Shown piece after piece: positions 1 through 10,804 of a DNA stretch of 45,583 nucleotides (positions within the stretch are counted from its first letter, which is position 1; each line of letters starts with the position of its first letter). The position numbers were made by a program, and so were the translations under genes. The notes under the pieces were generated by a model. The model had not been told where the DNA came from, made no database searches, and was given only the letters and a program-made list of their open reading frames with translations. The DNA comes from Chiloscyllium plagiosum (taxonomy: Eukaryota), in the NCBI RefSeq assembly GCF_004010195.1, contig NC_057718.1:80101919-80147501 (forward strand), written 5' to 3'.

Positions 1-874
1 CCAGTATATTAGTCCCCTTCCAATTTAGGTGCAATCTGTCCTTCTTGTACAGGTTACTTCTACCCCAAAAGAGATTCCAATGATCCAAAAATGTGAATCC
101 TTCTCCCAGCTCCTCAGCCATGCATTCATCTGCTCTATCCTTCTATTCCTGCCCTCACTACCTCGTAGCACTGGGAGTAATCCAGATATTACTACCCTTG
201 AGGACCTCCTCTTTAAATTTCTGCCTAACTCTCTGTAATCTCTCTTCAGAGTCTCAAGCTTTTCCCTTCCAATGTCGTTGGTTCCAATGTGGACAATGAC
301 CTCCTGCTGGCCCCTCTCCCCTGTGAGAACATTCTGCACCCTCTCTGAGACATCCTTGATCCTGGCACCAGGGAAACAACACACCATTCTGCTTTTTCTC
401 TGCTGGCCACAGAAACGTCTGTCTGTACCTCTGACTACAGAATCCCCTAACACAATTGATCTCTTGGAAGTCGACGTACCTCTCGTTGCATTAGAGCCAG
501 TCTCAATACCAGAAACTTGGCTGTTCGTGCTACGTTCCTCTGAGAATCCATCACCCCCTACATTTTCCAAAACAGCATACCTGTTTGAAATGGGTATATC
601 CACAAAAGATTCCCACCCTAGGTGCCGACCTCTCTCACCCTTCCTGGAGTTAACCCATCTATGTGGCTGTATCTGAGACTTCCCCCCTTCCTATAACTGC
701 CATCCATCACATAGTGTTGCTGTTGCAAATTCCTCATCGCTTCTATCTGTCTCTCCAACCGATCCGATAAGATTTGCATCCAACAGCATTTATGCAGATA
801 TAATCCACAGTAACCCTTAAACTCTCTTTCAACTCCCACATCTGACAAGAAGTACATACCACTGCAAAGGCCAT
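1..874 (-). pseudogene. CR1 ORF1: zinc-finger/leucine-zipper plus SGNH/GDSL esterase domain, frameshifted
   Basis: ATG at 874 gives MAFAVVCTSCQMWE...DYIC, then a frameshift to HKCC...DRLERQIEAMRNL. ORF 25-603 has the esterase blocks IVLGDSVVRG, CFPGARIKDV, VIVHIGTNDIG and VVISGLLP. Confidence 0.9.
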
Positions 875-1472
875 TTTTGCTCCTTCACAATCTACAGACC
901 CAGAAAATAACACCATTTAATTCCTCTACAAACACTGCCCCAGGTAAAATTAATAGCTATGGCTTATATTTTAAGTTTAATCAAGAGACTAATCTTCAAA
1001 AACATATAATCAAGAAAGAATCCACTGTACCCAGTACTGCAGCCTTTCTCTTGGACAGACTTAAAACAACAATTAAGTTATCTGATTCTGTGCTGTGAAC
1101 TTTGTCCAACAGTTCCTCCAAGATTAGTTGTGAATTTCACTATTTGTTAATTTTCCCAGATGCACTCCGATGTCCAGCGATACACGAATTCAAACTACAA
1201 AGGCGGTAACTGTGCAGGTTTTTTTTTCTCTCTCTCTCTTCCCTGCACTGTCCTCACCATGTGCTTCCTTTGTCTGCTCTTCTCCCTTTTAAACTGCTGT
1301 TGTTTTGACTTTTTTTTCCCAAAGTTCCAAAACAATGCAACAGCATATAAAATAGTAATTGCTGCTCCTGGAATTCAAGGAAATCACCTCCAAAACTTAA
1401 AATACATCAAAAAAAGAGCAGCTCTTACAGCCAGAAATTTTTCCCGTCCTCCATCTTGGATTACCCAGAATC
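1..1472 (-). mobile_element. CR1-clade LINE, 5' portion (putative 5' UTR plus ORF1), running off the left edge of the window
   Basis: ORF1 homology at 1-874. The upstream segment ends sharply at ~1472 (minus strand GGATTCTGGGTAATCCAAGATGGAGG) beside a T-run. UTR extent is inferred. Confidence 0.75.
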
Positions 1473-2079
1473 CTTTTTTTTTAACACTCTCACTATCTTT
1501 GAAGTAATGCTGAATGCATTGAACCTTCATTGTACCATTTCAATCATCCTCACAGACAATGTTATCAATACTATGAATGACAAAGTGTGGCTCAGTTTTC
1601 CTTCCATTTGGCCCCACACTCATGTCAAATTGACATGTGATTTGGTTATTGTCCATTGCATATGCTTAAATATGATAGTGTAACTTTGAGAATACAGACA
1701 TGGGACATAACTTCCCCTTCTGTAACCTGTAAATACATGACAGATTCTGCCATTATTCCAGTAAGGTACGTGGTATGAAATCCATCAATTGGACATCCAA
1801 GACCTTGATCTTTCCCTTAGACCTAATTGTTACCCTCAGTGTCCCTGAGATTAATTTGTAATGCCTTGACTGCAAACTCAATTTACAGAAGTGTGGTTCC
1901 TTCATGAACCCACCTTGCAGATTATGAAGAAGTTTTCCAGATGTACATTCGAAATACAGCACATCATTTTGCTGGTTGAAGCTCCACAACTTTGGAAAAT
2001 CTAGCCTGGAGAGACCCAGGTTGCTGAGAGGGTCCTGCATTGGTGTGTACACACCATCTCCTTAGCTCCTGAAGGTAAT

Positions 2080-2830
2080 GAGGTAAATGGGAAAGAGGGA
2101 GAACCAGAACACCTCTGGAGTGCCCTGAGAAGTCACAGTCATGATGCCCTTCTGCTGCTCTTCTTCCCTCAGGCTGCTTCCTCAACAAGAACAGATGTCT
2201 GGAGAGAGGTGCCTCCACTCCCTTATTGCTTTGTTCTTGATGCTGACCACTCACAACTAGAGCAATGACAAACAAATGATCAGCAGTTTTGAGGTTGTGG
2301 TGTGTGCTCTGGAAACAAATCCCTGACTAAAACAGTATACGACAGGATTCTTTCTGACCAGCATTTTAACTTCAGGTATTTAGCAACTGGCTTTATTTTG
2401 CAATTTTGATAAAGAGAAAGATTGTGTGATTGGAATGAATGCAGGAGTAGTTTGTAAGCGTGTATATCCATGCAAAGTAATGGGCCATATCGTGAGTAGG
2501 AAGCGCAGTGGGTAGGAGGATGGGAAAGTCTTAAAGAGCATGTCATGAGATGCCTGTGCACTGGCAGATTTAGACCGAGTCATGTCCCTGTCAATGTGAG
2601 ATCACAGAGAGGAGATAGTGCCACTTACCTTTGTAAAGGTGTTAATTTCCTTGCAGTATTGCTATCTCTCCCTTTTGTATGGACCAGTTTACTGATCTAC
2701 ACTGCAAACTGCTCCCTTGTTGAATACGTTTGATGGGATGGCCTTCTGGTACCTTTCCCTAGGAACAGGAATGATTGTGCTTTCGGTGATCCTGCAAGGC
2801 AGCATCAGTAAACCAGGGACACATCTTAGA
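2080..2830 (-). pseudogene. Degenerate PIF/Harbinger Myb/SANT-like ORF relic
   Basis: Frameshifted minus-strand translation PWFTDAALQ...FLFLGKGTRRPSHQT...REQFAV*IS...YCKEINTFTK, followed directly by GTAAGT (plus-strand ACTTAC 2623-2628). Resembles the Harbinger Myb/SANT pattern PRFSD..L..RR.LFP..RRP..W..VA..QCRKKFNDL. Confidence 0.6.
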
Positions 2831-4324
2831 GTTTGTGCCCAGTAGGTCTTTAAATTTGGTTCTAGGTCTTCCTTTTGATGCTGGACAGTCCTGCCAGTAT
2901 GGCAAGAACTTTCAGCTCCTCCATCATTTGATTTACCAAATAACATGTGTGACATCTTGCTTGCAAACATAATGGGGAGAAAAGTACATGATCATTTGAA
3001 ATAACTTGTCCCTGGCATTGACAGATCTGACATAATGTAAGATACTCAACACCATACTTTAACAGCAAAATGGCTGTTGAAGTTGTTTACCAATTTGTCA
3101 ATATTTAATTGCTTCCTTGCCTGTTTGGAAGAAGGTTTGCACCTTAGGTGTAATCTTGTCTGCTTCTTCTCATTGGTTAACTGAACTGCTATGCATTTCC
3201 ACCACTTCTTGCTTTAGTTTAAAAATCAAATAATTTCATCAAAGCTTTTTTGTGTCAGTAATGAAATAAGCAGACATTGGAACACTTGCTCAACTATAAT
3301 TTATTTTTCATTAAAATACAGCAACAGTACAAATGACTTAGGAAGAATGTGATTGCCATCACTGAATTATAAGTTTATTTTCTTTGATCTCCAGGTTAAC
3401 ACAATTATTAACTTATCTTATTAAGTTTGCATTAATATCTTTTGGTGAGCATTAAAACGCTTGATAAATATTTTATCAAAAGCAGTTGAGTTTTAATGCT
3501 GTCATTGGTACTTTTTTGATGGTGAATATTCAAAGAATATTATTTTACACACTATAGTACAGCTGCAGCTGCATCGATCAGATGCATTGGGATTATGGAA
3601 GGTATGCTCTGACTCTGAAGAACCACAAACTAGAAAAACACATGTAATTATCCCACAGTGCCTGTTACTGTGACAAATTTGAAGTGATAGCCAGAGACAT
3701 TTCTGTCATAACGGTATGAAAAGTTGAAATAAGAGAACGTGTGTTTGATCAATTCACTCAGTTTCCTGTTCTATCAGTGTCTGCCAAACATTTCACTGTA
3801 TGAAGTATATCCCTTGCTGTGTTGCAGTATTTCTTCACTCATTGTGTTACACAGTTACACATTTTCAGATGACTGAAACAAGTGCAGTTGCTGCTGCTGC
3901 TGCTGGTAGCCACTCTTGCCAGAAAAACTGCTATCATAGAATGACATGCTCGTCTGTCTTGGGCAATCTTTATACATCCACTATAGATCATCTGCAACCA
4001 CTCTGTGACATCTAATATCTAACTACACCTAAATCAACTCCTGTTTCTGTGTCCTCCACTTTGCCCTCTAAAATAAATCTCTGTAGATTTTCAGCTCTGA
4101 TCAAATGTTGAAATGTTGGCATTTTATTTTCTGGATGTCATTTTTCTTAGTTCTTTTTGCCCTTACATTTTTAAATATCTTTTCATTGTTTTATGGCCAA
4201 AATAACAATTTTTTAGCATCCACACTTCTAAAGATTCAATTTTCTTTCATAGATTATTATTTATTGTCCAGGTTTCTGACACACACAGGATATTGGATAG
4301 AATGCAACATCTTGAGTTTTTCCT

Positions 4325-5200
4325 TGTTACAAGTGTTAGGACGATCACTGATTGTTTGTTTGGAGCTGTGACCTGTGATCTGAGAGTTGGACATGACCTT
4401 TGGAATGTGCTTGGCAGCTTTTTTTTAAGAAAAGAGACCAAGCAAACTCATATTTATTCGTGAGACCAGGCCTGCAAGTTAATTACAGGTTGATTCCTGT
4501 TAAAGTACTTGAGAGACGCTTTGGAAGGCATTATGCTCAGATGACAGATGTCTGAATAGTCACAGGGGACTCATATGGAGGCAACCAGTCTGACAAAGAA
4601 AAACCAGAGTTTCAACTGGTTTTTGAACTGTGTATAGGTCAGAAAGATTTTAGCCAACACAACTGCAGGATGGAGGTCTAATTGCTCCCTGGTTGTCCTC
4701 TCATTAACAATGTATTGAAAGTTCAAGGAATAGGATTTCAGATTTAAGAATTAAATGAATATTCCCTGACCCTACTGGAAGTTATCTGCATGCATCAGTG
4801 TTTTCAGAAATTAATTAAGATACAATCCATGTAGCCTGTGATGTTACAGATTACAGAGTCTGCTTAAGTGAATTGGTCAGTTGCATCTCATTAACATTTT
4901 GCATTTTTGATTAATCCCTAAACTGTGTTGATTTGTCTGTCTGTCTTTTTGAGAGTGGAGGACTATAATCAAAGAAGATTGGGCTTAAATCAGAGACATT
5001 AAGTAGATTACCTTGTCATTTAAGTTTGCATCTCCTGTGTTATTAATAAGTTGTTAAATCTTTTGCTTAAACTAGAAACCTGGTGCCTGCTATCGATTAT
5101 TCATGAAGTCTGGTAGTGGTTATTCAAAATATCTGGTTAGGAACCATTGGGGCCAATTTTGAGGATCTTTGAATGTTTTAATTTGGAGCTTGATTTGAAT
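4325..5200 (+). mobile_element. Solo-LTR-like sequence, 3' end disrupted
   Basis: Begins TGTTACA; non-coding, with a poly(A)-signal-like TTAATAAG followed by a T-rich tract (~5044). Organised like the LTR at 17587-18208. Confidence 0.35.
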
Positions 5201-5204
5201 TGGC

Positions 5205-5400
5205 CATCTGCCTCTGTGTCTTGACATAAGATTGATTTTTTTTTGTTAACATATCTTTCATTTTCACAAAATTATTTCTGGCTATCTCTATCCTAATTCT
5301 AATTTTGGCACTACATTTACCATCTACTGTTATAATTTGTCCTAAACTGACAAACTTACCTATTTGCTCCATTGTTAAATGTAAATATTCTTGTTTATTT
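5205..5400 (-). mobile_element. RTE-clade LINE fragment (C-terminal part of RT)
   Basis: ORF 5178-5372 EQIGKFVSLGQIITVDGKCSAKIRIRIEIARNNFVKMKDMLT matches the RTE motif EQV..F.YLG..IT.DG.C..EI..RI..A...F..M...L. Confidence 0.8.
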
Positions 5401-6127
5401 CTGGCTATTTATCAAAAATAGTTCTTAGGTTAAATAATCTCCCTTTTATTCCTACTCCAGGTCTAAGTTCGGACTGGGAGTTCCAATGTAGGGTGAAATA
5501 AAAACCATAAACCTTTCTTTCCCTTTCAGATTCAGCCTGAGATATGTAAATGCTTCAGATTTCCAACATAAGACACTTTGTGTGAATCTTAACTTCTCTG
5601 AACATTGAAATTGGTGTTAAATACTGTACATTATAAACTAGTTCACACCAACCTCTCATACAGTAATTACAGACCATCTTCCAAAGGTGCGTCAGGAAGT
5701 AATGGAACCAGATATCAGGTTCAAGTTGATTGACGCAGCAGGCTCACATTACCATTTGGCCTAATGCCGCTCCCATTTCTTATGCTCTCATTAAATACTT
5801 TTATAAAAGTTTGTGTCAGCCAGTTGACCTACTGTTCCTCAAAACTAAGTGAGGAGACAAGATCAATATTTTTACTATATTTTTCTAATAAATGTAACAT
5901 GAGATGGAGTTCATTGTATTTAAGTCAGAGGAATCCAACATAAGATAATGTGGAGCTGCTTATACCTCATTTCTCATCGCAGTGTGTTAACAGTGAAACT
6001 TACTTTTCACAATATGCTGCTTTGTATCAGTGCATTGTTTAACTTTGACCATGAGTAGGAATAAGATGGCACCGTGGGATAGAACCTTCACCTTTTGTGA
6101 GCACACATTGGATTTAGTTCAAACTAA

Positions 6128-6473
6128 GAGGAGAAAGTGAAGGCTGCAGATGCTGGAGATCAGAGCTGAAAATGTGTTGCTGGAAAAGCGCAGCAGGTCA
6201 GGCAGCATCCAAGGAACAGGAGAATCGATGTTTCGGGCATAAGCCCTTCTTCAGGAATGAGGAAAGTGTGTCCAGCAGGCTAAGATAAAAGGTAGGGAGG
6301 AGGGACTTGGGGGAGGAGCTTTGGAAATACTATAGGTGGAGGGAGGTCAAGGTGAGGGTGATAGGCTGGAGTGGGGTGGGGGCGGAGAGGTCAGTAAGAA
6401 GATTGCAAGTTAGGAAGGCGGTACTGAGCTCGAACTCAGCACTGCCTTCCTAACCTGCAATCTTCTTCCTGAC
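6128..6473 (-). mobile_element. Penelope-like element terminus with inverted 5' end
   Basis: Near-identical to 12017-12166. Hammerhead-like core at 6227-6255; ends in a ~39 bp-arm hairpin at 6390-6473. Confidence 0.8.
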
Positions 6474-6589
6474 TTCATTTTGGAAATGAAACAGAAAGGA
6501 AATGAAAGAACTATAGGAACACATACTTACACAAGGTATCAATTGCCTCACACATTTTGTTCGTAGACCCAAATTTACATACTAAGGTA

Positions 6590-6770
6590 CAGTTAATTGT
6601 GAATGTATTTAAATGCAGGCAAACACAACAGCCAATTTGCACGCAACGACTTAAGGCAACCAACAGTTTAAATAAAATGAACCATATAATCTGTCTCTTG
6701 GCAATGTTGGTTGAGAAGCATTGGCCAGGACACGTAAAAAAATCTTTTCTTCAAATACAGGTTCTGAATT
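6590..6770 (-). mobile_element. Old Deu-domain (SacSINE1-like) SINE fragment
   Basis: CAGCCAATTTGCAC...TGTTGGTTGAG...TTGGCCAGGACAC, similar to 17360-17540. Family assignment from recall. Confidence 0.4.
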
Positions 6771-6805
6771 TCACAGGTTTTATTGATCAACACAGTGGTA
6801 GTGGT

Positions 6806-7007
6806 CAAGATTAAAGTGGTGCTGGAAAAGCACAGCAGGTCAGGCAGCATCTGAGGAGCAGGAAAATCGACGTTTCGGGCAAGAGCCCTTCATCATGAAG
6901 GGCTGAAATATCAATATTCCTGCTTCTCGGATGCTGCCTGATGCTTTTCCAGCACCACTCTAATCTTGACTCTGACCTCCAGCATCTACAGTCCTCACTT
7001 TCACTAA
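6806..7007. mobile_element. Fold-back mini-element made of two inverted PLE termini
   Basis: Arms are reverse complements centred on AGCCCTTCAT-C-ATGAAGGGCT (6884-6904). Flanked by the direct repeat AGTGGTAGTGGT (6794-6805 and 7008-7019). Confidence 0.85.
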
Positions 7008-7260
7008 AGTGGTAGTGGTAGTGATCTTTATGTTAGGAGACCTGGCTTCAAGTCCCACCTATTCCAGAGCTCTGTCATAATATCTGTCAACATATTGTAA
7101 AGGAAAATTGTGACAAGTTAATGGGGAAAGAAAGAAGGCATATTAGGTCGCTTGTGGTGAGTGGCAATATTCCAACTTTGAGCCAGGAGACCTGGGTTCA
7201 AGTCCCACCTGCTTCAGAGGTGTATAATATCATCTTTGAGCAGATTGATTGGAAAGCACA
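7008..7260 (+). mobile_element. Two short tRNA-head SINE copies (~7008-7095 and ~7145-7260)
   Basis: Both carry GGAGACCTGG(C/G)TTCAAGTCCCACCT (Pol III B-box-like GTTCAAGTCC). A reversed relative lies at ~9060-9165. Confidence 0.6.
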
Positions 7261-8104
7261 TTAAAAAAAAGCAAATTGCACTTGCTTAGTTTGAACATAC
7301 TTGATTGACTACATGGCTGTTTGGAATTGGTAGTTAGTAATTGACAAAAAAAAGTCACAGTGATTTTGGTGGTGAGAAAGTTGCTGAATTGGATGTGATA
7401 ACACTTCTGGGTTAAAAGTAAAACAAAAATGCATATTATTGGGGTGTCCTTGGAGAGGGGCAATGCTCATGATGCCTTTAGATAGAGGTGGACACTGCGG
7501 GAGATACAGAGCTTTATCTCCCCCTCCAGCTCTATTTTGTTTTAGCCCTTTTCTATTCTCCCTACCTCCCCCTGCCCTCACTTTTGATGGTTCACATTGC
7601 CGATAATCGGCTTTGTATGTAAACATCTAATTGGCTGTATGGGTGATGGTTAATAGTTAAAAAGTAGTTAAATTTTATTTTAAATCCCAGTCATTTGGTG
7701 GTTGGAAAGTTGTTTGGTTATGTGAGATAACACTTCTGGATATAAAAAAAAGAAGGCAAACAAGAAGTAGGCTGCTGTGGCTAACATTCAATTGAGGATG
7801 GTGGTCCAAGCCCTTTGCTGTCAGCACCCTCAAGCATTGCTTGTCCAGAGGACAGGTAACTCAACAGAACCACCACTGGGGAGGGCACCTCAACTGCTAG
7901 GCACCCTTTCAGACAAGCAAGTTGGGTTTGGAAACGGTAGGGCCAGGCAAGTGCAAATCCTGGTGAATAGGGGTTGGGGGACAAGAGATACAGTGAAGCC
8001 ATTGCTGTATATGCAATGGGCACTTAAAAGGTACAACTGAATTCTTGGCAGGTGTTGAACTACCAAAGTATCTTACTTAAATGGCGGTAGTAAAAAGACA
8101 TCAA

Positions 8105-8458
8105 ACCTCCCTCCTAAACACCATCCGGTGGTTGGCACTGCTGCCTCACAGTGCCAGGGAATGGGTTCAATTCCAGCCTTGGACAACTGTCTGTGTGAAG
8201 TTTGCATGTTCTCTCCCTGTCTGCATGAGCTTTCTCCAGGTACTGAAGTTTCTACTCACAGTCCAAAGATGGGTGGATTGTATATGCAAAATTGTCTGGA
8301 GTAACTAGGAATGTGTAGGCTAGGTGGATTGGCTATAGCAAATATGGGTTTACGGGGTTAGGTGGGGGAGTGGGATTGGGTGAGATGTTCTTTGGAGGGT
8401 CAGTGTAAATTTAATTGGCCATATGGCCTCTACCTGCACTGCTGGGATTCTATGATTC
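8105..8458 (+). mobile_element. HE1-type V-SINE, diverged
   Basis: GTGGTTGGCACTGCTGCCTCACAG, B box GGTTCAATTCC, V-domain-like TGTGTGAAGTTTGCATGTTCTC, and a GATTCTATGATTC tail. Alignable to 36701-37011. Confidence 0.85.
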
Positions 8459-8964
8459 ACTGCCATTTTGACTGATGTACTACCTCCAATCTGTATCTAA
8501 TGGATCCAGCCTGAGACCTTTAAATCTTCCAGAACAGCTAGGGTTTCAATTTCATTTCAACCAACCAAGATAAGGCACTACTGACAGTGCAACACTTTCT
8601 CAGTGCAGAGAAGAAGTATGTACTTAAGCCCTGGAGTAGGGTTTGAACTTCGTACCTTCTAAATCAGAAGAAAGGTTGTCATCAATGAGCAAAGCTGATA
8701 AAATAGCTTGATCATGCCACAATGAGTGAAATTAGCTGAATACATATAGTCCTGTAGCACTTATAGTGAAGTGTTTTCAGCTATCATGGGAGAAGACAGT
8801 GAAAAATTCAAAAATCTTTAATGATTATATAATGTAATATTTTCAAATTGAACACATTAGCTTTCTTAGGTTGTTGGCTTTGCTAGGCATTTTTAATCTT
8901 TAACAATTTCAGATTATTTAAAGTAACAAATAATGTAAATTGGTGTTGGACCTGTAGCAGCTAT

Positions 8965-9640
8965 TCAGAAACATAAGAAAAGAAGACCACCACACACATC
9001 CCTGATGGCTACTTAACCATTTAACTATGTCATTATTGAGCTGTGTCACAACACAATAAATATTTTTAATCAACCTGCTCAGACTCACATTCTGGAGCAG
9101 TACAATTGGAACCTGAGCCTTCTGGTCCAGAGTAAAGACACTATCACTGCACTACAGAACTCCTCCTACAGAAAACATTTTGAACTTAACCTCAACACCA
9201 TATGACCACCTTAATTCCATATTGATTGTTATCCTTATTTAACCTACTGATTAAAATGTATTGATTAAAGTCTTGATGGCTCAATTTGTACCAGCAGCCA
9301 CAAACTTCTGGGATTTTAAGATTTCTGCTACTCTCTCGGAGAAAAGGAACTTCCTGATTTCCTTTCAAAGTAGCCTAATTCTGATTTTATATCCCTTCCT
9401 GTTTAATTCCTCCATGAGAAAGTGATTTCTTAGCTTTTATCCTATTGTAACATTTAAATGCCTTGCACCACAAACCTGACAATCTATAAATGTGAACACA
9501 AACCAAGTTTATAAAATCTGTCCTCTTAAAATTAGTTATTTGAGCTGAATTTGTTTTGTATTCACTCCAAGGCTAATGTACAATTTCCTGAGGTATTGCA
9601 TCCAAAACTAAATGCTTTGCTCCAGATTGGGTCTGAATCC
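8965..9640 (-). mobile_element. Old CR1 3' fragment interrupted by a short SINE (~9060-9165)
   Basis: Degenerate similarity to the 3' ends of the other CR1 copies in the window. Confidence 0.5.
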
Positions 9641-10804
9641 CAGCTAATTTGACTTCGATCTCACTGATAGTACCGTATGTGATATTTAATTGAAAGCAAG
9701 TTGCTTTATTCAGATATTTTTAAATGAGAAAATAAGCTAATAGATTCTGACTTTTCAAGTGCAAGCTCACCTTAGTTTGAGCCTCATTGAAAGCTAGCTC
9801 CTTAGTGGAGTAAAATGCTGGCTTTTTTTTCCTTGAGAAACCACATTACTGTAAATTTAGAACAAACAGAAAATGGACAATTCTGTTGTCTCACAGTAAT
9901 TCTGCTGAACCTGTATCACTGAATTACCTTTAGCAACCTGTGAACCCTATCAGTCTTAGCCTTGATATTTTGATTTTGTTTCTCTGCCACTGACATTGAA
10001 ACGTGAGTAGTGACGGTTCATGTTAATTTTCCACTACAGCTGGAAATGTGTAATGTTTCCATCTTAGTGCTGAACAATCAGTTAGTTCTTTCTCTGTCAG
10101 GTTTTGTCAATTTTAACTGGACGTGGGTTGCCAAGTTTAGTGATTTGGGCTGCAGGTGCCAACACGCCACAGCTTTGATGTACATTAGTGCAGGGTCATT
10201 TGTCGATGGTATGAGCAAAAAATTGCTTCAAGATGCATACTGATTAAATGCAAATGGACTGAGCCAGATATTCCAATGACCAAACGTGTTTCCCATTGGG
10301 ACCATGTGGAATCCCTGATGCAGCAACTCTATTGAAATTGGCTGAAAAATTGAAATTTCTTACGAGCAGTTTGTCCGCATCTGAAATGCTCCAAAAGAGA
10401 ATTCAAAGGATTGTGATTCACTGAAGCTTAATAGCCAGAAAAAGTAGTGCATTAAATACTGATTGCAGCTTGTAGGTAACTATTAGCTCTATGCCTGACT
10501 CAGCACTGATTTCCTTCTCTCCCCACTACCAAAATACATTCCTCCCAAAAAAGATTCCCTGTCTGGTTTTCTCAACAGTTCATTCATATTACAGGTTTTT
10601 CAATTTTGCATTCTATGGTAACTTAGACTGTTAACAAGGTATTTAAGAAGCAAAGTTAAGCTTCAAATGGGAACCTGCCACTGTCTGGCGAGAATCATGT
10701 CCTACCACTTGAGAAAAGCGTACAAGATGCTGAAGATAATCTTGCCCGATTCCATCATTCATCCGCCAGAGCCCATGTTGCTCAGCGCCTGACAAGATCC
10801 TGTC

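Noticed and set aside
25..603. Stand-alone GDSL/SGNH lipase gene
   Set aside because: It is the esterase domain of CR1 ORF1, frameshifted, with a second copy at 45299-45583.
3884..3906. (GCT)n poly-alanine coding tract in ORF 3800-4015
   Set aside because: Five-unit microsatellite; the surrounding translation has no recognisable protein features.
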